Below, in pieces: positions 23,401 through 36,400 of a DNA stretch of 64,000 nt. Under the pieces are notes generated by a model. It searched no databases. It was given only the letters and a program-made list of their open reading frames with translations, and was not told the DNA's origin. Numbering within the stretch: the first letter of the stretch is position 1; each line of letters opens with the position of its first letter. This DNA comes from Podarcis vaucheri (lineage: Eukaryota). The position numbers and the translations under genes were made by a program. Location of the stretch: NCBI GenBank assembly GCA_965113315.1, contig OZ220367.1; one strand, written 5' to 3'.

Positions 23401-26400
23401 ATGATGGCCTCATGTACCTCCAGATCATTTCCTGGGACCTAACTTTATTGGTATATTTATATTTAAGCTGATTTTCCATATCCAGCCATATTCAGTGTCC
23501 CATGGTGCAAATAGTTTAAATGTCAGTCTAACTTAACAAAAACCTTGCCAAGTCAAGTTTTATTGACTTGGCATGTACTCACTTAACAAAAACGCTGGCA
23601 TGGGAGTAAGTTACATTTAATCCAATAGGTCTTATTTCCAAGTGGATGTATTAAGAATCAGAGTGTGGGTCACCACCAACAACAGTTCTGCTGGAACAGG
23701 CCAAAGGCATGGATCCAGCTTCCTATTCTCACAGTAGCCCACCAGATGCTTATGGGAAGCCAGTAAGTGGGACCTGAGTGTAACAGCACTTTCTCTATTT
23801 GTGATTCCAAGCAAAATAGTATTCAAAGGCACACAGCAGACCACGAGATTACAAACATTACAGTGAATCAGAGATGGTCTCGGTGACAACCTTCATGTAC
23901 AGCAAGGACTTACAAGGAACTGTTCTGGGTGCCCATTCCTCAGCTTTGGAATTCCTTCTAGTGTACATGTGTGGTGGTTACATTCTGGACCTCTGCATGC
24001 ATCGGCAGCACCCTCTCTCCGTTCCGCCCCCTTTTGTGATGTCACGCACATATCAGACACACCTAAGACGGTCGCTGCCTGTATTCCAGAAATGATGTAG
24101 GGGTGGGTGGGTGGGTTGTGGATTTTTTTTTGTCCCCAGGGATAGACATGAGGTCTCTAAGTGGCTAATTTGTGCTGTTTTTGCATATATATTTCTCCAT
24201 AACATGGTGTATCCTAATATTTAGAAAGCTTTCCTCATTTTTACTTATTTTGAAGCATAGTTCCTCCCTTCTCTCTCAAACCCCAACATGTGCACACAGA
24301 CACTCTATGCGCCAGGAAGATTTCTGCACACCTCCAGGGCTCCCACGCAGCCCTCCCTCTGCATGATCATTTTGGACACCAAGTATGCACCTGTCACCAG
24401 GAAAGAGATGGAGGAGAGAGAGAAATGGGGTTCTGTTGTGCTAAGTGGAGATTCCTCTCTGCCTCTTGTGGGATTGGACTGAGCTGTTAATGTTTCAAGA
24501 GAAGACAGGGTATGAAAAGCATACCCCCGATTCCTCTTTGACTGCTTCTGAAGTGCAACTGAAAGCAGAGGCTGTGAAATGGTATTGAATATCTGGAATC
24601 TAGACATGTGCTGACATTCCTTTAATGCTGAGAAGAGAACGTTGACAGCTCCAGCAGAGATAACGTCCTTCAGTTTGCCAGTAAATCCTGGTTTTAGCTT
24701 AAAGATATCACTGGCAAAAATAGCCAGGATGGCAGCAACCACTTCAGAGGGCAGAATTAGAAAAGATGAAGGTCTGCATTCATGGCCACTTGGTTCTCCC
24801 CCTCCCTCTTCAATCTTTTGTCTGTGGCTCTTAATGCTAAGATAGGCTTCAAGCAGTTTAGAAGTATCACAACCAATGACGCATGCATTAAAATAGAGTG
24901 GGCCAGATTCAGCCACCTCATTCTGTTAGTAGAAGCCAATTCAAGGATTCCCGCTAGTGCAATGGAGCTGTGAGTCGATATCTATAGGGTGATTCTGGTT
25001 CTAATAGTGTCCTCCTTCATGGCCAAGCCCATTGTGCTTCAAAAAATCACTTTCTTGCTGATAAGACACATGAAAAGGATAAGCATCCTGCCACAGTGTT
25101 TTTAATCACTTGCATGCAAATTTTACATCACTTGTGGGGTATACCATTCCTTTTTCTCTCTGGGTATTAGTGCCAAGAAGACACAGTGCCAGAAAACAAA
25201 GAGGAGGCTGTTTTCTGGTGACAAACTCACACGCCTCACATGCAGGTATTCATATGAATGTGAGGTATGCGTGTGTCAATTTTGTCATAACAAACAGTGT
25301 GGAAAGGACATTCCTGGCTTGAAGGGCCTGCCAGCTCATTGACTGAAAGGAACTCCCATCTCCTCAATCAAAAAACAGCCCTGGTTGCACAGGATCTAAG
25401 AAATTATTATTTTTTAAAGCCTGCCGCATTTAAAATCAAAGCCGTCAAGAGTTTCAAGTCATTTAGTGATGGAAGCAAAGCAATGACAAAATGCAGCTGG
25501 CTAAGGAAGATTTGACTGCTACTGCAGTGTTGCTGATGCGTTCTTGACATGTGGCTCAAGAGAGAGAACGTTTAAGTAAGGGAATAAAGGGGAGACCTAG
25601 AAAAGATCAAAGCCGGCTCTGGCAGGAGTTTAGAGAATTGAGAATTATAGGGTGGTACAAAGAGAAGTGTGCAGATTAAAGAACCAAGCACCACAAAGCG
25701 TGAGTATGATCAAATACTGACTACACAAGGAAATACAGAAATCACAATGAGGGTCATTTTTTTAAAACTGAATAAACATGGCCCAAAATAAAGAGTTGTA
25801 GGCATGTGGAAATGAGGGGGTAACACTGTGATTTATTTTAAAAGGAGTTTATTCACAATTTTGCCCCGGTCATTTTGAATGGAAATAAAAGCAGACTCTA
25901 AGAAAGAGTACAGTAACTGGAAATGGTCAAACTCCCACAACAGGCATAGAAAACGGAGATAATCAAGGCAGTTTTGTTACAGAGTTAGTTGGAGTGGTGA
26001 CTGGAAGTATGCAAGAAAATATAATACTGAATATGACCATTCTGTAATTCTCACCGTAGATGGCCTCTTCAGTTATGCGAAGTGTTAGCATTGTGGTATT
26101 GCCACCACCAGCACACTTGTTTTACCACACTGTATATCATTTCCAGTCATTCCTTGTGTTTGTTGCAGTCTAAATTCTTTGTACGTCATGCATGATTTCC
26201 CTCAGCAGAAGACGAAAAGCCCTGTGACAGCCAAAATGCTTGGCTAATAGATCTAGTGACCAGCTAGTAAAATCCGAGGGAGCTTCCCAGAACAGCACTT
26301 AATGTCTTGGACTTCTGCAACCTAACATTTAACAGATGTTGGAGTGCAAGTGTGGGGGCAGAGATGAAACTGCACCTGCAGTGACTCTTTAGAAATCTTT

Positions 26401-29400
26401 GTAGCGCAGCAACCCCCGCAAGCAGGGCAATATGAATCATGGCATACATATATAACTTGGTACCCGATGACTATGCATGTGTGAGCCACCTCCATTGGAT
26501 GCGGTGACTGTTCCTCGCGTGCGAGTCATTACTTGCTCTTGTGACTGCCAAGAGATGAACTTGCATCATACGTGCTCTCACCCTGAGTGCCAGGTTCTGA
26601 TCTATCTCTATGAGAAGTAGCTTCTTGTGTGTTAAAACAAATGAAACAGAATATAATAGAGTTGCCCCAGGCTGCAACCTGGAGATTCCCCTGATTAGAA
26701 GGTACCATAGGGCAAGTGTTTGTTTTGAACCCCCTGACTGTGAATGGGTGGGGCAATTTGGACCAGAGAAGTGGTGTGTGGAGAGTGTTAATGTTCCTCT
26801 CCAGAAGCTTGTGGGGTTTTCTCATGTGGTAGAAGGGCAGTTGGATTTCATTGTACAGTGGAACCCCGGTTTGCAAACGTGATCCATGCGGGAGGCACAT
26901 TCGCAACCCACAGCGCTGTGATTCGGCGCTTCTGCACATGGGCAAAGTGTGATTTCGTGTTTCTGTGCATGCGCAAAGCGCCGAAACCCGGAAGTAACCC
27001 ATTCTGGTACTTCCGGGTTCGGCATGTCCATAACCCGAAAACAGGCAACCCGCAGCGATTGCAACCCGAGGTATGACTGTACATATGTAATGTGTAGTTT
27101 CCCGCCAATTGATAGTAAAGTGTTATTGGATAAGACTTACTTGACTCCAAAGCAATGTATGATGTCTGTTGCCTATACAGTCAGTAGGGAAAGGGGAGAA
27201 GAATGAAGTAGAAATTACATTTAAGAGGAACGTGCACCATCTCAAAACAGTTTTTGCTCCTCTTTGCTGTCCTGCCTGCTGGAAAGGTAGAATGCATTCT
27301 CTTTTTGCTCTCAAACAGCATATTTGTGTATGTTGCACCTATTTTATCAAGATTGTTTTTACTTATGTGATACAGCCCTGCTTTATTTATAGTCTCCATC
27401 ACCTGTTGACTTTCCAAACAAACCATATTCTGTATTCTAGCATTTTCCCTGAGCAAATGACAGGTCTTCTATTGGAAACGAAGCAGAGAGCATTGTTAAC
27501 TTATCCTCCTCCTTCTTCTGTTTAACTCAGAGGTGGGAGAACAGAAACAGGACTTGCTCTGAAATACATTCTTCGGAAAGGATTCTCTGGGGGCAGAAAC
27601 TCATCCATACCTCAGATCCTTATAATCCTAACTGATGGGAGATCTCAGGGCAATGTGGCAGTGCCAGCCAAGCAGTTAAAAGAAAGGGGGATTGCTGTGT
27701 TTGCTGTGGGAGTCAGCTTCCCAAGGTAAGTTTATCCTCTAGTCTAGAGTGGGAAGAAGTCAGGGGTGCTCCATTACTTATTGACTACCAGTGACTGAAG
27801 AAAAGGCTTGCAGCGGAAGTGAGATTTATCAGGCTAGAGAGTTGAAGAGAAAGTGGTGGTCCATATGCTAGAAACCCATCGCTAGGGAGAGTTTTAGGCA
27901 TCGCTAGGGAGAGTTTTGTATCCCAGAGAGGTTTACATCAATAAATGAAGAAAAGAAAACAATATAATAAATAAAATATACCAAAACAATTCCATAACCA
28001 CACACACACACACCAAAAACAACATTAAATTATCCACCAGCCTATAAGAAAATCTGACTTTTAAAAAAAACCTGGACTCCTATGCCTCCTCCAAAAGCAT
28101 GGAAAAAGGCATGTGTCTTGACTTGCTTTCTAACAGAGCATTATGAAGAGGCCAGGCACACCTCAGTGGGGAGACAACTCCACAGGAGCCACTATCAAAA
28201 AGGTCCTTCCCTTTCCTTGCATTAAGTGTGCATATAAAGCTCCAAGGTGTACGTTTGTGTGCATCCTTTTTCTATTGGTATAGTGGCAAGGGTGTGTGTT
28301 GGGAAATCTTTTGTTAAAGCAAATGTGGTAAGAACAGAAAAAGAACGTTTGTGTTTGGAAAATGTAGTAACTATAGCAGAGCAACGGCTGCTATTGGGCT
28401 TCAGTTTCACACACATCTATACATGCATCGTGCTCTTTTAAATAGCCCCTGTTAATTATGACACCCATTGCCATTACCTTGTTGCCATGCTGCAGTGCTT
28501 TATTTGTTGTGCTGAATTATTTCTGTGCAGATGGGAAGAACTGCAGGCACTAGCCAGTGAGCCGGCCGAATGGCACATCCTCTTTGCCGAAGATGCTGAT
28601 GACGCCTCCAATGGTTTATATACCACCCTTACAGAGTCTGCCATCTGCAGCGCTGCATTTCCAGGTAAAAATGGTTTTTAGTCGTTTACATACTGATTAA
28701 ACAAGTCTTGCCATCTATTTTGTTTAGGCACTAGCTGTCACATTTAGGCATTTTGTTTGTGCTCCTGGGCCCAAAGCCTCATTTGTCCTTTCTCCCTCCA
28801 GGCTGCTCTTCTAATCTAGGGCATTCTTTCTGTTTATCAGAAGGCAGGAAGGAAGAGAAATTCCAGACAGAGAGGGAGAAAGAGAAGCTTCGAAGTCTGG
28901 TGATTAAGGGTAGAGCTGCTATTTGCCTGTAGGGATGCCTGTTTCTGAGAGCTTGAAGGCAGCAAGTGAGACTCTCCAGCAGTGGTGCCGCTTACACGGC
29001 CATTCCATCCCTGCACACGCCTAAGAGAATTAAGCTGCATGTTAAATTTACTGTAGAGCGTGTCTTCAGTTTTTGATAATTAAACCAATTAAACCATTAG
29101 TGTGGTGGCATGCTGGTCCTGCTGTAAATGTTGCGGGTTGTATCTAACACTGCGCAGGCAGAGTTCCATTTGAGCAATGGGACTTGCCCTCCCAAAATCT
29201 GTTTTCCAACCTTCTGGAGAAGATTTTAAGGAAGTGAGTGGTGGGTTGCCAAGTAGAGGAAGGGAAGTTCCATTGTGGAAGTGGAAAAGCAGCATTGGAC
29301 GCAACACGTACGGTGAGAAGTGCCCCCCCCCCCCGATACTTTTAATCTGAAGCCCTAGTCATGGGAGGGGACAATTTCCTTGTAGATTGGGGTTGGGAAG

Positions 29401-32400
29401 GCAAGAGGTAAGCTCCCCCTCTATACACACTGTATTTATGGTAGGAATTGTACTTCCGCCCCACCCTACACCTCTTAATTTAATTGACAACAACAGCAAA
29501 AACCCAGAGTTTGTTCCATGCTATGCAATGCCTATTAGGTGTAGTTTGACCCTTTATAATTGTATATCACAGCAAGCAATAGAGAAGGCTGGGCAACACC
29601 GAGGGTTGGCTTCAAGTTAGAGAGGGAGCGCTACCTAGCCAAGTGTCCTGTGTTTCCCTTCCCTCCACTGCCCACCTTGTTGATTCCCCAGTTTTACCCC
29701 ATGGCAGTAGCTACATCAAGTATTTGGGTGTATTGTTGGAAATTCAAAATGGTGGTTGGCTTCCCTGCCATTGCTATCAGAAAAGCAAGTGTCCAGGAAA
29801 GACAGAAAGCTGCCTCATATCAGCTCAAGCGGTTTGTCCATCTAGCCCAGTATGTTCTACTCTGACTGGCAGTGGCTTCCTAGGGTCTCGGGCAAAGGGC
29901 TTTCCTGTCACCCGCTACCTGATCTTTTCAGCAGGAGATGCCAGGGATGAAATCTGAAGCCTTCTCATGTAAATAATGTGCTCTTCATGTATTGCTGTGC
30001 TCCCTTTTTGGGGGTGCATAAAGTTTTTGATCTCAGGCAATGAATGCCTACTCTTGAGACCTTTTTCTCCTTGCCCCAGGCTGCGGAGCTGAATCTCACT
30101 CTTGCGAACGCAAAACACTTGAGAGAGTCAAAGAGTTTGTTGGAAACTACTTTTGCTGGAAGGGGTCGAAGAGCAATAATGCAGTGCACACGTCCCTCTG
30201 CCCATTTTACAAGTGAGTCAGCAGCTGTGTGCTGTCCCTTTAAACCTCAGTGGGGATCAGTGAAATCTATATGTATAGGTGCCCTAGGGAAATGAAGGTG
30301 ATGGCTGGGCAGGAGCTCAGCACTGTCCTGTCCTGCTGGCCTCTAAGCAAAGTTTTAAAAAATAAAGTTTAAAAAAATGGGGGAGAGGCAGGGGAAATGG
30401 AGGAGCCCATCACACACAAAAATGGGTTTCAAACACTCCAAGGCTACACCCACAACAGCACCTGGAAGCTAGTGTCTCCAGCAGATTTTTGCATTTGAAT
30501 TAAAAAAAGAGAGATAGAGAGGCAGAGAGATTTGGCTGAGTCCATTTATAGTTGGAAATCAACACAATATCTCTTGATTCATATGCAGGGCACATCTTTG
30601 TATTCCTGAATTCCCTCCAGTGTCACAATGGATTACTTTCCTTGAGGTAGAAAAAGAGCCAGGCCCAGAACTCTCACAGCTGGCCCTAGTACGCAACTGA
30701 GGCCTCTCCGGATGTTTTTCATGCCTCTTGGTTGGAAGAAACACTTCTTCTCTTGTCTTGCTCCTTTGACAGTGCTATAAGATCATCCCTGATATGGGGC
30801 GAAGGCTCAATCACTGGCAGGAAATAGCCTCTGCTCATATTGCAGCCAATGTGAAGCCCAAAGCCTGCAAACACAGGGCTATATTGTCAGCTCGGGGGCA
30901 GCAGGTCCAACAAGAAAATTCCCTGCATGCTGAGTTGAGGATATATCCTAAAATTAGGCAAGATAAGTAATGTCAAATGCCTGTAAAAGGAAGTAGTTGC
31001 ATGCTCAAATCTTTGTAAGAAGGGCTTGTACCCCTAAGTGAAATATTTGAGAAAGGACTTGGAAAGAAAAACAGATCTTTGTGCCTTTTGTAGTTTTGTT
31101 TTGTTTCTGTATATAAAGAAGTTTTAAAAGATGTAGTATTTCCTTTCAGCTGCTCCCTCCCCCCGCATCCCCCACTTGTTTCCTCTATGAGAAATCTACC
31201 TTGGGGACTAGCTAGGGATGGTGGGAGGAAGCAGGCTTGTGATAGCACATACACATATCTTGATTGATGCAGCGTGGGAAGTAAAGAAATAAAATAGCTT
31301 TGAAAAGAGCAAATTTTTATGAGCCGACCAACAGAATTCTGAAGTTGGAATATCTTACGTAGTACGTAGATTTATGTAAATGAAGGGCATACTTTAAAGA
31401 TGTACTTCTCGGGGGTTACAGCAAATGTGTGTGGGTCGGAGCCAGTGATTATGCAGCTAGACATTGTTGGACTCCAGATCCCATCGTCCCTGTCCACTGG
31501 CCTTGCTGCCTGGGACAGATGGGAGTTGGAGTCCAGCATCTCAAGGGCAGCACATTGGTTACCCCTGGTGTAAGTAAGCATAAGAGGGTGGTGTGGAGTT
31601 TAGAAACATCAGTGGTGAAATCTCTGCTGCCTTGTAGTTTTTTTGCTTTTCCATGGGCTTTATTTTTGCAAAGCTTTCTGACTAGGCGTGCATAAGATTG
31701 TGTATTTAATACATTAACCGAACTGAAAGTTGTCAACTTCTATTTCATAAAGTTTATCCCAATCTCACTTTTTTATATACTGGCTTTTCTAATTAAGCTG
31801 GAGGAACACCTTCATCAAGTATCCTTCTAGATGCTACCGTACCACATGCCCAGGTAAGATACGGTCTTCTGAAACGTTTCAAAATGAAAAATAATGAGGT
31901 ATTAATTTAATACCTGGACTTGTCTTGACTAATTTCCGCAAAACAAATCATGGTGTAAGAATGTAAGATAAAGAGAAAAATAGAGAAGACGAACTGAGAA
32001 AGAAACAGTTGACTAAGTATACACCCCGACCTGCATTGAGGATGAAGGAAGTCAAATAGAAATGAATAAGAACTGAATTAGGGATGTATCTGTAACATCT
32101 GCTTTGCATTTGTAGTTGTAGTATCTTTTTGTTAGTTTGTTTTGTGAGTGTTGTCTGTGTTGGTGTCAGTATAATAAATCAATAAAGGAAAGGGAAAGGG
32201 AAAAAATGGGGTAAAATAAGGTGGTGCCTCAATTAATAGACATTCTGTTTGCCAACAAAGGGAAACAGGAGAAGCCTGGTTTATAAGAAGAGTGTCAAAT
32301 GAAGACCCTTTTACTGTGTTCCAGAGTCTTATTTTGCTTTTCTAAAAGGCAAGATATGCTCTCGCTAGACACAGAAAAGGGATCTTGGGGTTAAATACTC

Positions 32401-33364
32401 TGCTTAGATGCCGTGTGAACTGTGCCTGAGTTTTCCTAGAGCTCAGTCTTGTTTACAACTTAACAACAAGAAAAAATGCTCTATAATCATTAAGAAATTA
32501 AATGGGTACCCTTGTCTTTCTCCTTCCTGGTTGTTGGTTTTTTTTTTTTTTTTAGATCCTTGTGGTTCTCATCCTTGCCAGAATGGAGGCACATGCATTC
32601 AGCAGGGATTAGAAGGATACCACTGTGTCTGCCCAGTTGGCTTTGGAGGAGATGCTAATTGCGGTATGCCTTTTCATCTTAGGCACCAGTGCTTTGAGGT
32701 TGCTGTTTTTTAATGTGTCATGAACATCACTCAGTTTCCTGTAACAGTTCTGGTGGTTGTTATTTTTGTTTTATAACAGGGAAGAGGAGAAAAGGATAAG
32801 GGTTAAGAGACTCGATTTACAAAACAAAACATTAAATGTTTCAGAGGAAGGGGTTTTTTTTGGTACTGCTTGTTTCTGGTGACTGAGACATGGGGCTCAT
32901 CCAGATTTCCTTTTGCGCCACGTTTCTAGGCACAGGTCTGAGCTTTAAAGCTATGGATCTGAGCAATTTTATTTTATTTTTACCCCTGCGCTTTCCCCAG
33001 GAAAACATGTGTTTTACCACTGAATAAGAGCAAACAGCAAATGGGTTTTGTGTGGATTGCCATTTGCTCCAATTCAGCAGTAAAATGCAGGTTTTCCTGG
33101 CGAAAGCAGCGGGACAAAAAAATAGCTGCTTGGACACAAAGCTTTAAAGTCCAGACCTGTGCCTAGAAATACGACACAAAAAGAAGTCTATATGAGCCCA
33201 CGGTGAAAGCTGTAATCTTAATCACATTCACTGGGAAATAGGTCCCATTGAGGTTAATGGGAATTACTTCCATGTTAGTGTATTTAGGAAAAGGATCTGA
33301 AGGTTCTTGATGACAATTTCAGGACATTCAGGCTGCAGTTAATTATTTGGGTTTTTTTTATTTA

Positions 33365-33412
<48 letters not shown>

Positions 33413-33415
33413 ACA

Positions 33416-33448
<33 letters not shown>

Positions 33449-36400
33449 TTTGCTTGCAAGAAAACCTCAAAGTGGTTTAAAACATTAAAATTATCAGTTA
33501 AAAACAAATCTTTATAAATTGTTAAAAAAATAATTACAATCAATGCAACGCTAAAAAACAGATTAAAACATGTTTATATGTCTGGATTGGCTTGCCTAAA
33601 CAAAAATGTTTTTAGCAGTCACCGAAAAGAGTACCGTGAAGGCGCCTGCCTGGTGTCAATTATAAGCCAGTCTTCCTGGAAACAAGCCCAATTACACTCA
33701 CTGGAACGTATTTCTGAGCAGACATGTATAAGATAGTGCTGTTAGCTTTGCTTTATGTCTTTGCAGCCAACCTGTCGTTGCTGCTTATTTCTCCACACCC
33801 AAAGAGTTGGCATTTCTGCAAAAGGCAGCAAACATCAAATAATTGGGGAGGCTGTTAAAAGGAAGTGCAGCATTCAAAATCACAGGCTGCTCTTGAATTG
33901 GCTCTATGCATAGAGTATTGTTACGGAGAGCTAGGAATTTCTATGAAGACATGGATCAAGCAATTCATGTCTGGTTGCACATCTTAAGCTGGATCTAAGA
34001 CACTTCAAAAAAAAGTTTCAGGAAAACGCATTGTGAACCTCATAATGGGAAATCACATTGGCAAAAGACGGAACTCTACAGTGCCATCTGGTGTCACAAC
34101 ACTTTTAAAACTAATGTAGCTGAGTCCTTAGTGGCTCTTCGTTTGTTAATTGGTTCTGCAGATTCTGCTTATACTGAGATTGGGAGTAAAGCTCAGGATT
34201 CTGCACTCTCTCTACTGTGGATAGATCCTACCCTGGCCTGGGGTGAATGTTATTGTAATTAAAAGTTGGCTAGCCTAAATTATCATAGCTTACTGATTTC
34301 AACAGCCTACTCTAGACTCTCCATTAGAAACTTGTTACATTTTTATTTGGACTTCTTAACCCTTTCTTAATACTTTTAAACAAAATTTCCAGCACCCAAG
34401 CTGAGTCTAGAATGCAGCGTAGACCTTCTTTTCCTGGTGGACAGTTCATCCAGTACCACCCTCGAAGGCTTCTTGCGCTATAAAGCTTTCCTGAAGAGGT
34501 TTCTCCAAGCCGTGTGGAGTAGAGAGAGCCCAGGGAATGTGGGTGTGGCCCAGTACAGCAACGATGTCAAAATGGCCGTCGGCACTGGAGGCCACCAAGA
34601 TGCTCTCAGTCTGGTGAAGGCTGTTGATTCCATGCAGTTCAGTGGAGGAAGCACCTTGACTGGCAAAGCTTTGCGGTACGTTGCACAGCATGGCTTTAAG
34701 AGCGGCCCAGTCTTTGCTGATACACCCGATGACCTGCCACGTGTGGTCGTCTTGCTCACGGATTCAAATGCTCAGGATTCGGTGGCAGAGGCAGCGAAGT
34801 ACAGCAGAGGCCAAGATGTCTTCCTCATTGGAATTGGCAGCGAATCTTTGAAAGCAGAGCTGGATAATATTACAGGGAATCCAAAGTGGACACTGATCTA
34901 CTCATCCCCACAAGATCTCTTCAACAAGATTCCTGAACTACAAAGGAAAATATGCAGCATAGACAGCCAAGGTAAGGGTTCTAGGTAAGAAAGCATTATC
35001 ATTTGGTATCTCAGCATCTACTATTGGCCGTCAGGTCCTGCTATCTACATACTTGCTATCCAGAAATTCACTTATCTGCACTTAAAGAATTCTGCCCAAA
35101 CCTCACTATATGCTCCACAGATTCACTTATTCGAACAGCCAATTTCCTTACTCGGCTTGGGTTTTTTGTTTGTGATTTGCTGGTCATCATCCCAGCAGCT
35201 ATGAGTCCGAGGCCAGGAAAAAATCTGACAAAACTATTAAAAGAGTGGACAGATTGCACATTGGAAGTGTTTCCATAGGAAATAATAGAAATCGTGGACT
35301 TGTTATGTGACCACTTGCCTAACAAACAATTTCCTGGGAACACATTGTGTCCATAAATCAGTACCTGCATGTATGACTTAAAGAGGCACTGGTATATTCT
35401 GATACATACTTGAAGATGTATGATGGAAAATGGGGAAAAAGGCATCACTTCTCAACAGTTAATCAAGTCTAGTTGCCTGCAATCAAAATGGATCTGCTAT
35501 TTACTAAGCCATCTCAGAGGCTTAGCTGAGCTTTTCTTCAGAACAAATTATGAGAAGGTGGTGCTAGTGAATGCTTCCATGGCCTCTTGCTGATCACAGG
35601 GAATTGATTCAGATCTTTATCTATACCTTCTAAGATGATGAAACGTCTATAGTTTTTTCTAAACAAATTATGAGTTAACTATTTAGAACAGGCATCCCCA
35701 AACTCAGCCCTCCAGATGTTTTGGGATTACAGTTCCCATCGTCCCTGACTACTGGTCCTGTTAGCTAGGGATGCTGGGAGTTTTAATCCCAAAACATCTG
35801 GTGGGCCGAGTTTAGGGATGCCTGATTTAGAAGATTGTTTTAGTTTGACTGAGCTATTTAGAAATGAACTAAATGTTGGGTTTATTTTGATTTAATTTGT
35901 TACATTTTTCTCCCTCCCTTCCTTCAGTGGCTTCAGGCTGGCATACATTTTAATTCTAACAACTGCCCTGTGAGGTAGGTTAGACTGAGAGGTGGTTGCT
36001 GGCCCAAGCTCACCTTGGTGAGCCTCATAACCAAGCAGGAACTTGAATGTGATCCAATATTCTAGCACTGGCTTTGCCTCACCTTACTGCTTGCTCAGTG
36101 CCATTTAATTTTTAATTCAAAAGAAATCTGCTGTTCTAAGACTCCTGCCTTTCTAAATTTAGCCCAAACTAATGTCAATATGACCTTATGCAATTACCAT
36201 TTCCTTTCATTTGACTGTGTTTTAGATGCCTTCCAGCTATTCAGACTATTGAGCCATGTTCTCAGAAGCTTAATGCTGCTCCTTCCTTCCTTCCTTAGGC
36301 TGCCCATCTCAGTCTATGGACTTGGTATTTGCTTTGGACTCTTCGGCTTCTGTTGGAAGGAAGAACTTTGTGCATCTGAAAACCTTTGTCAGCAGCCTCT

